A stretch of DNA of 64,000 nucleotides. Source: a bacterium (GTDB taxonomy: Bacteria; UBA8248). The notes under the pieces are model-generated. The model was given only the letters and a program-made list of their open reading frames with translations, was not told where the DNA came from and made no database searches. Below, piece by piece: positions 45,226 through 54,111 of the stretch (position 1 is the first letter of the stretch; every line of letters begins with the position of its first letter). The stretch lies in the NCBI GenBank assembly GCA_965203325.1, contig OZ241875.1:4128001-4192000 (forward strand), in the 5' to 3' direction. Made by a program: the position numbers and the translations under genes.

Positions 45226-45687
45226 CTAACGATCCGGCGAACTGTAGGCGACGAATTGAAGCAAATCATCGCCCCTCTGCGCCTCAAGCACGCTGCCGAC
45301 CATCACAATGGCGGGGTTCAGGGGATTTCTGTCGTAACTGACCACCAGATTAGGCTGTGGTCTCGAAACACGCATTTGCCTCTCGACGCCCCGGCTCCAG
45401 AAAAGGCTCGCAACGAGGAGCAGGACGCCCAGGGCGGCCACGGCGAATCTCGGTCCCGTCGCGGCCAGCGCCGCGGTGAAGGAGAAGGCGCCGTTAGATT
45501 GCGCTTCATGGGCGGCGAGCCGGGGGCGCAGCTTCTCCCAGAGTTTCTCGTCCGGCTCCGGCGCATCCTCGCGTGCGGCCTCGAAGAGGGCCTTGAGTTC
45601 CTCGACCGTCTCGTCTTCAGGCCTGTGAGCGTCCCAGTCCTGCGCGCTTTGGCCCCGGTTAAAAATGTTTTCCCACCAGCGCATCAC
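45226..45687 (-). CDS. Putative single-TM anti-sigma factor
   Basis: Translationally coupled to ECF sigma; cytoplasmic helix-P-P-W pattern then a TM segment. Confidence 0.65.
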   Translation of the reverse strand: MMRWWENIFNRGQSAQDWDAHRPEDETVEELKALFEAAREDAPEPDEKLWEKLRPRLAAHEAQSNGAFSFTAALAATGPRFAVAALGVLLLVASLFWSRGVERQMRVSRPQPNLVVSYDRNPLNPAIVMVGSVLEAQRGDDLLQFVAYSSPDR

Positions 45688-46307
45688 TTCGCCTCCCGGA
45701 CGCTCTCGGCAACGCGCTTGAGACCTGCGCGAGCGCGGTTGAGTCTGGAGCGCACCGTACCGGGCCGAATCTGGAGCACTTCGGCTATCTCATCGTAACT
45801 CATTTCCTCGAGTTCGCGCATCACCAGAATCCGGCGATGTTTCTCCGGCAATTGCGCCAGGAGCTTTTGCAACTCCTCGCTCGCGCGGTTCTCGCGCATC
45901 TCTCGCAGCTTGTCCTGCCATTCCTTGTCTTCGGGCGCGGGCTCATCGGCGATTTGCTCTTCTTTGAGTTCTACCGGCAGCGGCCCGCCGCGCTTCAGGT
46001 AATCGCGGCAGTGATTGATCGCAATGCGGTAGACCCAGGTGGAAAACCTGGCGTCTCCCCGGAATTTCGGCAGGGCGAGATACGCCTTCAGGAATATCTC
46101 CTGAACGACGTCGTCCGTTTCCTCTCTGCGTTCTCCGAGCATCCCCCAAACGAGACGATTGATTTTTCCGGCGTTTTGGCGCATCAGGGGCTCGAAAGCG
46201 TCCTTGTCGCCGTTCTGACAGCGTTTGATACAGCACGACTCGTCGAGTTCTTCGTGCGGGGCTTCCAATAGTCCCAATCCCCAAGCCGGTATCGCCAGAG
46301 TGAACAT
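45684..46307 (-). CDS. ECF sigma factor (RpoE/SigW-like)
   Basis: DDVVQEIF, FSTWVYRIAIN, MSYDEIA...GTVRSRLNRAR. Confidence 0.93.
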   Translation of the reverse strand: MFTLAIPAWGLGLLEAPHEELDESCCIKRCQNGDKDAFEPLMRQNAGKINRLVWGMLGERREETDDVVQEIFLKAYLALPKFRGDARFSTWVYRIAINHCRDYLKRGGPLPVELKEEQIADEPAPEDKEWQDKLREMRENRASEELQKLLAQLPEKHRRILVMRELEEMSYDEIAEVLQIRPGTVRSRLNRARAGLKRVAESVREAK

Positions 46308-46478
46308 CCTCGTCGCCTTATCGTATCAAATATGCTGTCAGAATGCGGGCGTTTTTCATATTTCTTCTCCCTACACCCCTTATGACGCCCCCAGGTTCCC
46401 ACTTTCGGGTGGAACGCATATAATATACTTTACAATCAATGACTTGCTGATATTTCCAAATCAGGAAAGGGGAATCCC

Positions 46479-47279
46479 GTGTCGATACGAATCGTCGTGG
46501 CCGGAGCCGGCGGCAGGATGGGGGGCCGCATCATCCACCAGATCGCCTCATCGGACGATCTCACCCTCTCGGGCGCGCTCGAGCGCGAGGGGTTTGAAGA
46601 ATTGGGGAAGGATGCGGGCGCACACGCAGGCTGCGGGGATATGGGCGTTGCGCTCAGCAGCGATTCATCCGCTTTGAGCGGCGACGTGCTGGTCTCCTTC
46701 GCGATCCCCGAAGCGAGCGTCGCCCACGTGCGCCTGGCGGCCGAGAAGGGGATGGCCGCCGTCGTCGGCACCACGGGCTTCTCGGACTCCCAGCGCGAGG
46801 AGATAGCAGGCTTCGGCGGCAGCATCGCCTGCGTCCTGGCGCCCAACATGAGCGTGGGGGTGAACGTCTCCTTCCGCCTGATAGAGGAGGCCGCAAGGCT
46901 CCTTGGCGATGATTACGACATCGAGGTCATCGAAACCCACCACAACCAGAAAATAGACGCCCCCTCGGGGACGGCGGTGCGCATGGGCGAGATACTCGCC
47001 CGTGTGACGGGCAGGCAATACCCCGAAGACGCCGTTTTTCACCGGGAAGGCCAGACCGGCATACGCCCCGAGGGCGTCATCGGCATGCAGACCCTGCGCG
47101 GCGGCGACGTGCCGGGCGAGCACACCGTCTATTTCTTCGGGATGGGCGAGCGGGTGGAGATCACCCACCGCGCCGGCAGCCGGGATAATTTCGCGGCGGG
47201 CGCCGTTCGCGCGATACGCTGGGTGGCGGACAAATCCCCCGGCATATACGGAATGGAGGACGTTCTGGGGCTTTCATAG
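46479..47279 (+). CDS. dapB: 4-hydroxy-tetrahydrodipicolinate reductase
   Basis: GAGGRMG, GTTGF, APNMSVGVN, ETHHNQKIDAPSGTA. Confidence 0.97.
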   Translation: MSIRIVVAGAGGRMGGRIIHQIASSDDLTLSGALEREGFEELGKDAGAHAGCGDMGVALSSDSSALSGDVLVSFAIPEASVAHVRLAAEKGMAAVVGTTGFSDSQREEIAGFGGSIACVLAPNMSVGVNVSFRLIEEAARLLGDDYDIEVIETHHNQKIDAPSGTAVRMGEILARVTGRQYPEDAVFHREGQTGIRPEGVIGMQTLRGGDVPGEHTVYFFGMGERVEITHRAGSRDNFAAGAVRAIRWVADKSPGIYGMEDVLGLS

Positions 47280-47329
47280 GATTCATCCCTTGATTTTTAC
47301 TATCGACAACACCATGAGGAGATGCGTGG

Positions 47330-47851
47330 ATGGCTCATGAAATCGAAGCGGCGGGGGTCGAATACATCAAGGCGGCGGACGGGAGGACGCTGGCGCAGGT
47401 CATCAGGAACAGCTTTGACGATTATGCCGCCTTCCCGCCTTATCTGGATTCAGAAGAAGAGCGCGCCCATCTGGCGGAAGCCTACTCCGGCGCCGACCCC
47501 GAAACCGAGCGGAGAACGAAGGCGCACATGACGCCGGACGAGAACCCGCTCCAGATCGTCATGCTGAACCGGAATCCCGGCGCCGTCGTGAACCCGCATT
47601 ACCACGAGGTTACCGAGCGCCCCGCCAACACGACGCGCCACCAGATCATGATCTGCCGCTCGGGCCGGATGCGGATCGGCGTCTACGCCAAAGAGGGAGA
47701 CCATGCCGCCGACGTAGAACTGGCGCCCGGCGACCTGATTCTCATGTACGAGGGCCACCGCATCGAATTTTTAGAGGCGGGCACGAAGGCCATCGAGATC
47801 AAGGAAGGACCCTTCCCGGAGACCGACGAGGCGGACAAGGTGGATTTTTGA
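47330..47851 (+). CDS. Cupin-fold protein
   Basis: PHYH...G...GH..E...EIKEGPF cupin-like pattern. Confidence 0.65.
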   Translation: MAHEIEAAGVEYIKAADGRTLAQVIRNSFDDYAAFPPYLDSEEERAHLAEAYSGADPETERRTKAHMTPDENPLQIVMLNRNPGAVVNPHYHEVTERPANTTRHQIMICRSGRMRIGVYAKEGDHAADVELAPGDLILMYEGHRIEFLEAGTKAIEIKEGPFPETDEADKVDF

Positions 47852-47883
47852 TTTTTTGAAGTGGTAAGTCCTGGCCCCGTGCT

Positions 47884-48351
47884 AGGGGATGTTGAAAAAC
47901 CCTTAGCCGTTAGGTCGGGAATTTACTCTAGGGGCGGACCGGCGTGTCCGCCCGTTTTTCGTTTCGGCGGGGGCAGGGCGGCCACACAGGTCCACCCCTA
48001 CGGGAACCTGCAAATCCCAATGGAGGCTGCTGTAGGGACAAACCCCCGTGTCTATCCGAGGGCTCCCGTTCTGCAAGGGACAACCACAGGGAGTTGTCCC
48101 TACAGGTTGGAATTCACCACCGCCGTCATTCCGGCTTTCGCCGGAATGACGTGCAAAGGCGAAACCCCCGGATTCCGGCATTCCCTCGCGCCCTGGTCGG
48201 AATGGATTTGTAGGGGCCGCATACATGCGGCCCATGGTTGGAAGGCGAAAAAGAAGGGTCGCATATATGCGACCCCTACGGACGTTCTTACCGTGACACC
48301 AGCCTTGGCCTCAACCGTTGCGGGATTTTGCCTTTGTAATGACAGGCCCCT
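47884..48351. repeat. Composite REP cluster (three GTAG doublets + CGTC palindrome)
   Basis: Doublets 47928-48001, 48032-48103 and 48210-48279; CGTCATTCCGGCTTTCGCCGGAATGACG at 48124-48151; starts with AGGGGATGTTGAAAAACCC. Confidence 0.85.
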
Positions 48352-48366
48352 GTCCCTACTCCCGCC

Positions 48367-49335
48367 CTAGGCGCCCGAAGCGGCGACGCCGACTTGCTTG
48401 GCGAGCGTTTTCGCCGCCTCCTGGTAGGATTTCTGCAGTTCGGGGCTCGGCGTGACCGGGTTGTGGTAGCGGCCCAGGAAGCGGTTCTCCTTGCTCCATA
48501 TCTCCCGGACCTGGAGGATGGAATCGACGGTTCCGTCGCTCTTGTCGTCCACGAACATGTAGTAGTAGCGGCTGTACTGGTTCGTGACGTTTCCGAAGAA
48601 TTTCTCGTCCTTGTGGTATATCTTCTGGAACGGCCCGGTCGGCGCTTGGAGCCTCAAGGTCCTTCCGCCGAATATCGAATCCGACACTTCGAGCGTATAT
48701 TTCTTGCCGCCGATCGTCTGGTTGACCGAATAGACGCTGCCCGAGAGCGTCGGTTTCCTGTCCCCCAGCGCGAATGCGCTCAGTTTCCCGTAGAGGCTGG
48801 TGTTCACGGATTTCGAAAAGTTGTTCGAGATGCCGTAGACCACGAGCAGTATCACCGCCGCGGCGAGGAAAACGAGGGTGGGGGAGCGTCTCGCCGGTTT
48901 CCCGTCTTCTTCCATGCCCCGGTTGGTGGCCACGTCCTCCCTCATCTCGGAGAGGTCCTTGTACATCTCCTCCGGCGTGAGTTCCAGAGGCTCAGGGAGC
49001 GGTTCGGGTTCGGGCGCCGCCTTCTTGGCCGGGGCGGCCGCCGCAGCACCTCCGCCCGCCGCCGCGGCTGCGGGGGCCGCCGCGCCGCCGCCCGCGAAGA
49101 AATCCGCGTTTATCTGCGTGTATTTCGACCACTGCGAGGGCAGGTCGCTTTCTTCGAAAATGGCGTCCACCGGACACGCCGGCACGCAGGCCGCGCAGTC
49201 GATGCACTCGACGGGGTCGATGTAGAGCATCGGGCTCGAGCCGTCCGCCGCCTCATGAATGCAGTCGACCGGGCATACGTCGACGCATGCGGTGTCCTTG
49301 GTGTCGATGCATGGTTCCGCGATGACGTGGGTCAT
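48367..49335 (-). CDS. 7Fe-type ferredoxin fused to Ala/Pro linker, TM helix and unknown C-terminal domain
   Basis: GAGGAG RBS; CIDTKDTACVDVCP and CIDCAACVPACP; TM LVFLAAAVILLVVYGI. Confidence 0.8.
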   Translation of the reverse strand: MTHVIAEPCIDTKDTACVDVCPVDCIHEAADGSSPMLYIDPVECIDCAACVPACPVDAIFEESDLPSQWSKYTQINADFFAGGGAAAPAAAAAGGGAAAAAPAKKAAPEPEPLPEPLELTPEEMYKDLSEMREDVATNRGMEEDGKPARRSPTLVFLAAAVILLVVYGISNNFSKSVNTSLYGKLSAFALGDRKPTLSGSVYSVNQTIGGKKYTLEVSDSIFGGRTLRLQAPTGPFQKIYHKDEKFFGNVTNQYSRYYYMFVDDKSDGTVDSILQVREIWSKENRFLGRYHNPVTPSPELQKSYQEAAKTLAKQVGVAASGA

Positions 49336-49674
49336 CGGAATGCGCTCCTCAAGCAAGAGTCCGGGCAAATGATTGCGCACCTTGACGGCGCGATTTTGAA
49401 CGCGGGAATGTTAGCATTTTTTTTCAGGGAAACACAATATGTGTGGGAGATGCGGGGGTAAATTAATTACTGTGCCGAAAAATGGAAGGGATGGGCGAAT
49501 TTCGGTGTTATTTTACGGCGCTTCTGTTTGCTCGCTGGAGTCAAGGTAGTAAAAACCCGGTTTCAGTCAGAGTGCTGGCTTTCCTTCAAATTAGCCTGTT
49601 CGTTTGTGAGACTATCAAATAGAAGGCAGTATTAATTATCTGGCATATATTAATTCATATCAATTCAAATTAAA

Positions 49675-49704
49675 TTGACTTAATGTAATTCAATATGCTA
49701 AAAT
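49675..49704 (+). promoter_or_regulatory. Strong sigma70 promoter of the AT-rich islet
   Basis: TTGACT-N18-TAAAAT with extended -10 (TGc) and AT-rich upstream element. Confidence 0.7.
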
Positions 49705-49826
49705 TAGAAGTGTTTAAATTTTGTTATCTTGCTTCTCCTTGAAAAGGGAGCTTTAAGATTTGGAATTGAATAATTTTGTGAGTTTAAAATAGAGATTGTC
49801 TACTCAACTCAAATAGGAGATATTCC

Positions 49827-49970
49827 ATGGCGCAAAATACAATGAAGTGGTTGATGATGCTATCGGTTGTAGTTTTTTCGACCATCTTGCTATCGGAAGC
49901 GACGAATAATTGTCCAGAGGGTTACGTGCCATGTGGCCAGAGGAAACAATTTTGTTGCCCCGCATCCTAG
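49827..49970 (+). CDS. Unannotated 47-aa secreted cysteine-rich micropeptide
   Basis: AGGAGA RBS; MAQNTMKWLMMLSVVVFSTILLSEA-TNNCPEGYVPCGQRKQFCCPAS: signal-like N-terminus then C-x6-C-x6-CC. Confidence 0.75.
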   Translation: MAQNTMKWLMMLSVVVFSTILLSEATNNCPEGYVPCGQRKQFCCPAS

Positions 49971-50041
49971 GAGCAAGATTGTTTTAGTGTTTTCACGGCT
50001 ACACAGGCACATGTGCAGGGTGGTCAGTCGGGAGGTATAAC

Positions 50042-50809
50042 ATGCCCAAGAAAAGACGAGGAAACCTTGCCATAGCATGCGTAGTGTGTATTCTCATAGT
50101 AGCCGGGTGTACTGGGCACGAACCACCGACAGTGCATACCATTATGAGAAAATTAGGATATCTTACGATAACGCCACCATCAAGACTCCATAAACCGGGA
50201 GCGATCAATACAGTCGAATTTCTAAACGGTGGTAAAGTGGCGCTTCATCCAACCTGTAATATCGGTCCGGAGTTACTTGAAGGTAATATTAAGGAGTCGA
50301 TAACCTCCGATGCTATAAACAGCCGAGAGCTCAACAAGAAGCTAGATATTTCGGGATACTTCTTTGAAGACTTGGCCCCCGAAGCGGGCATAGAGCTGGT
50401 GGAAAGCGCTATCGTAAAACTGAACAATCCCCGCATCCTTGTGATTACCGACGAGACGCTGTTAAGGATACGGCATGCCATTTTGAAGGATGATTGCGCA
50501 GTTGTAGTTAAGGATAGTATCAAGAATGGAGGGCGCGTGTGTCAGACCAGAGAAGTGCTGGAGGCTGAGGTCGTATACGAAATCAGGTATAAGAAGAACG
50601 TTTCAGTAAAAGCGCGAGACAAGTTCATGTCGAAAACCGCTGCGCGTCTCAAGCTCAAATTCACCCAGGACGGGATGAACCAGATTTCTGCTAAGCAGCA
50701 ACTTTTCTATGGCATAAAACTTGCGCCAGAAGCGGTGTTCTTAAATAGTCCGGGTGCCGAATCAGCGCAGTGTGCCAAACTTGATTTAACATCGACCTCT
50801 CAATGGTAG
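50042..50809 (+). CDS. Lipoprotein with gasdermin-like (bGSDM) mature domain
   Basis: GGAGG RBS; lipobox IVAG-C23; bGSDM-like segments TIMRKLGY..TPP....PG, GRVCQTREVLEA and KQQLFYGIKL (recognised by eye). Confidence 0.65.
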   Translation: MPKKRRGNLAIACVVCILIVAGCTGHEPPTVHTIMRKLGYLTITPPSRLHKPGAINTVEFLNGGKVALHPTCNIGPELLEGNIKESITSDAINSRELNKKLDISGYFFEDLAPEAGIELVESAIVKLNNPRILVITDETLLRIRHAILKDDCAVVVKDSIKNGGRVCQTREVLEAEVVYEIRYKKNVSVKARDKFMSKTAARLKLKFTQDGMNQISAKQQLFYGIKLAPEAVFLNSPGAESAQCAKLDLTSTSQW

Positions 50810-51239
50810 TTGCCAGTCAGTTCAGGCTATTACTACGATGACGTGTAATTGAACCAAGGTCAGAGTTAGTGTGAGGCATCATGAACTAAACTGTTTCCCA
50901 GCTAGCTTTTTTTCCTATACCCCATCGTTAACCACACAGTCCACTTGATAGATATCGTGTAGGCGACGCCGTCGTTTCTGGTTCCTCAATGCGAGTTGCG
51001 CACGAGATGCAGCCCCTTCCTACATCCACTCCAACTTCCGCATTCGCTAGCAACTCCCCCATCCCCCAGCATCCCCAAACCTTGCCGAGTTCTCCTATGC
51101 GTGCTAGGTTTCCGGCTTATGGAACCTGGAAGGCTGGAATGCTTGCAAGAAATTGCATCAGGATAAGCATGTAACCCACTGAAACTTAGGCTTTAGCGGG
51201 TATGCCTTTTTCTATCAAACACAACACTTGAGGAATTTC

Positions 51240-52415
51240 ATGGCGTCAATCAATATCGAACGCGCGCACAGGCTCAAGCGCTTGCCTCCCTATCTCTTCG
51301 CGGAAATCGACCGGATGAAGGCGGAAGTCGCCGATTCGGGCATGGACATCATCAGTCTGGGCATCGGCGACCCGGACCTGCCGACGCCCGGCCACATCAT
51401 CGAAGAGCTCGACGTGGCCTCGCGAAAGCTCACGAACCACCAGTATCCCTCCTACGAGGGCATGCCCTCCTACCGCAAGGCCGTGGCGGACTGGTACGGG
51501 TCGCGCTTCGGGGTCGCTCTCGACCCGGCCTCGGAGGTCATCTCCCTGATCGGCTCGAAAGAGGGCATCGCCCATATCCCGCTCGCGTTCGTGGACCCGG
51601 GCGACCACGTGCTCGTGCCGGACCCGGCCTATCCCGTCTACGAGATCGGCACCTATTTCGCGGACGGGCAGGTGCACTTCATGCCCCTGGTCGCCGAAAA
51701 CGATTTCCTGCCCGATCTGGGCGCGATCCCGACGGACGTGGCGAAGAACACCAAACTCATGTTCATCAACTATCCGAACAACCCCACCGCCGCCTGCGCG
51801 GAAGTGGATTTCTACAACGAACTCGTCGAGTTCGCCCGCTCGTATGACATCATCGTGTGCAGCGACAACGCCTACTCCGAGATGGCCTTTGACGGGTACG
51901 AGCCCATCAGCTTCCTGAACGCGGAGGGTGCCAAGGACGTGGGTGTCGAGTTCCATTCGTGTTCCAAGACCTACAACATGACCGGCTGGCGCATCGCCAG
52001 TGCCGTGGGGAACGCGGAAGTCCTGGCGGGCCTCGGCGCCATCAAGACGAACGTGGACTCCGGCGTATTCGGCGCGGTGCAGGAGGCGGGCATCAAGGCG
52101 ATGAGCGCGGACCAGGCCTGCGTGGCCGAAATGCGCAAGATGTACCAGGGCAGGCGCGACGTCGTGATGGAGGGCCTCAAAAAACTGGGATTAGAGGCGA
52201 ATACGCCCAAGGCCACGTTCTACGTCTGGGTGCGGTGCCCCGAGGGTTTCACGTCGTCCGAGTTCACGGCGCACGTTCTCAGAAACTGCGGCGTCGTCAC
52301 CACGCCGGGGAACGGTTTCGGGCCCTCCGGCGAGGGATATATCCGTTTCGCCCTGACGGTTCCGGAAGCGAGGCTCAAAGAAGCCTTGGAGAGAATCGAG
52401 AAGGCGGGCTTTTGA
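51240..52415 (+). CDS. dapL: LL-diaminopimelate aminotransferase
   Basis: [44 protein letters not shown]; dap context. Confidence 0.88.
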   Translation: MASINIERAHRLKRLPPYLFAEIDRMKAEVADSGMDIISLGIGDPDLPTPGHIIEELDVASRKLTNHQYPSYEGMPSYRKAVADWYGSRFGVALDPASEVISLIGSKEGIAHIPLAFVDPGDHVLVPDPAYPVYEIGTYFADGQVHFMPLVAENDFLPDLGAIPTDVAKNTKLMFINYPNNPTAACAEVDFYNELVEFARSYDIIVCSDNAYSEMAFDGYEPISFLNAEGAKDVGVEFHSCSKTYNMTGWRIASAVGNAEVLAGLGAIKTNVDSGVFGAVQEAGIKAMSADQACVAEMRKMYQGRRDVVMEGLKKLGLEANTPKATFYVWVRCPEGFTSSEFTAHVLRNCGVVTTPGNGFGPSGEGYIRFALTVPEARLKEALERIEKAGF

Positions 52416-52921
52416 GCCATAAAGCGCGCGCTTTCATCGGCGCGGGCGCCAACCTCGGCGAGCCGGTTCGCCAGATTCGGCAGGCGCAGGATGCGCTGCA
52501 AAAAAGCCCGGGCATCAAATTTCTCAGCGCATCGTCCCTCTACCGCACGCAGCCGGTGGGTCCCGTCGAGCAGCCTCCCTTCATTAACGCCGTTTTTTCG
52601 CTCGAACCCGAAATCGGCCCGCAGGAACTTCTTTCGCTCCTCCTGGAAATCGAGCAGAAAATGGGCCGCGTGAGAAAGGAGCGCTGGGGGCCCCGGGTGA
52701 TCGACCTGGACCTGCTCTTCTTCGGTGGGGAAATCATCAAGGAGCAGGGGCTGGAAGTCCCGCATCCCAGGCTGCACGAGAGGCGCTTCGTTCTCGTGCC
52801 CCTGGCCGAAATCGCGCCCGGCTTCGCTCATCCCGTCACCAGGAAAACCGTTTCCGAACTGCTGGCCGGTCTCCCTGCGGGAGATTTCTGGGTCGAGAAG
52901 TTTCAAGCGGAGTCTTCCTAG
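52412..52921 (+). CDS. folK: 2-amino-4-hydroxy-6-hydroxymethyldihydropteridine diphosphokinase
   Basis: [32 protein letters not shown] overlaps dapL stop. Confidence 0.95.
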   Translation: MSHKARAFIGAGANLGEPVRQIRQAQDALQKSPGIKFLSASSLYRTQPVGPVEQPPFINAVFSLEPEIGPQELLSLLLEIEQKMGRVRKERWGPRVIDLDLLFFGGEIIKEQGLEVPHPRLHERRFVLVPLAEIAPGFAHPVTRKTVSELLAGLPAGDFWVEKFQAESS

Positions 52922-52954
52922 AGCCTGAGCCGTCCTGCCGAGGTAACCATTATT

Positions 52955-53175
52955 AGGGCTGTTGAAAAGTCCCTGTTTCGTGATTCGGCGTATGGAGCCG
53001 ACCGGGAAGGAGGGTCTGACGCGATGGGATTGTAGGGGCGGTTCGCGAACCGCCCCTACGGGCGGATGCGAAGGCGAGCGGACAGAGGGGCCAGGACAGG
53101 CACAGGGGCCTGTCCCTACGACAAACCTTCGAGAGAAACACTCCTCCATTGACAAAGGGTTTTTCAACAACCCCT
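52955..53175. mobile_element. MITE-like element with imperfect terminal inverted repeats enclosing REPs
   Basis: GGGCTGTTGAAAAGTCC ... GGGTTTTTCAACAACCC ends (14/17 match); internal perfect palindrome GTAGGGGCGGTTCGCGAACCGCCCCTAC (53032-53059). Confidence 0.55.
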
Positions 53176-53256
53176 TGTTTTTCCCTCTGATTTTTAAGAA
53201 GATAGCCTACCGCCGCCCATTACGGCGCATGTTGCCCGTTTTCCCGGTGAATTTCG

Positions 53257-54111
53257 ATGAAAGTCCTTGATACGCCTCAAAAAATGCGTGAGTTGGCCGA
53301 AGCTCTCAGGCGGGATGACGCGCCGCTCGGGCTGGTTCCCACGATGGGGGCGCTGCACGAGGGGCACAAAAGCCTCATCGACCGGGCGAGGGAGGAGTGC
53401 GGCGCCGCCGTCGTGAGCATTTTCGTGAACCCGGCCCAATTCGGGGCCGGTGAGGATTACGACACCTACCCGAGGACTTTCGAGGCGGATCTGGAGGCCT
53501 GCCGGGAGATGGGCGTGGCTTGCGTCTACGCGCCCAGGGCGAATGCCATGTATCCGGGCGGATACGACACCTGGGTGGACGTGCCCGGCCTGGGCGCGCC
53601 CCTTTGCGGGAGCCACCGGCAAGGGCATTTCCGCGGCGTGGCCACGGTCGTGCTCAAGCTGTTCACGGCCTGCCTCCCGCACCGGGCGTATTTCGGAGAA
53701 AAAGATTACCAGCAACTCGTCCTGATCCGCCGGATGACGCAAGACCTCGACTTAGGCATTGAGATCATTCCCTGCGCGATAGTCCGAGAAGACGACGGAA
53801 TGGCGCTCAGCAGCAGGAACGCCTATTTATCGGCGGATGAGCGATCGCGCGCGCGCGCCATCAGCGGCGCCTTGTTCGACGCGAAAAAGAGGGTGGCGGG
53901 CGGGGAGAGACTTTCCGCCGCCATCGTTCGGGCTTGCGTGGATGAACTGGAGAAGGTTGAGGCGAGGGTCGATTATGTGGAAATCGTGGAACCGGCGACG
54001 CTCGAAAGGGTAGAGAAGATAAACGGCGCCGCCCGGATGGCCGTGGCGGCCTATATCGGCGAAACCAGGCTGATCGACAACATCTTGCTGGAGCCTGACG
54101 ATGAGGCGTAG
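53257..54111 (+). CDS. panC: Pantoate--beta-alanine ligase
   Basis: VPTMGALHEGH, SIFVNPAQF, FGEKDYQQ, GMALSSRN, RLIDN. Confidence 0.98.
   Translation: MKVLDTPQKMRELAEALRRDDAPLGLVPTMGALHEGHKSLIDRAREECGAAVVSIFVNPAQFGAGEDYDTYPRTFEADLEACREMGVACVYAPRANAMYPGGYDTWVDVPGLGAPLCGSHRQGHFRGVATVVLKLFTACLPHRAYFGEKDYQQLVLIRRMTQDLDLGIEIIPCAIVREDDGMALSSRNAYLSADERSRARAISGALFDAKKRVAGGERLSAAIVRACVDELEKVEARVDYVEIVEPATLERVEKINGAARMAVAAYIGETRLIDNILLEPDDEA

Noticed and set aside
46320..46420. ECF autoregulatory promoter (GGAAC.../AAAC-N16-CATA)
   Set aside because: Spacing and -10 match too poor to call without comparative data.
47928..48279. Possible CRISPR array
   Set aside because: Units are inverted, non-identical and irregularly spaced, and there are no cas genes; these are REP doublets.
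47861..48370. 169-aa ORF and overlapping ORFs
   Set aside because: Made up of REP palindromes; no protein features.
49890..50208. Minus-strand 62-aa and 69-aa ORFs in the islet
   Set aside because: Antisense to the RBS-supported micropeptide and lipoprotein genes; no motifs.
50989..51174. 61-aa ORF downstream of the gasdermin-like gene as a possible protease or third component
   Set aside because: No RBS, low-complexity Pro/Ser sequence and no catalytic motif.
51959..52411. N-terminal extension of FolK (320-aa ORF)
   Set aside because: Lies inside dapL in another frame; the real start is the TTG overlapping the dapL stop.
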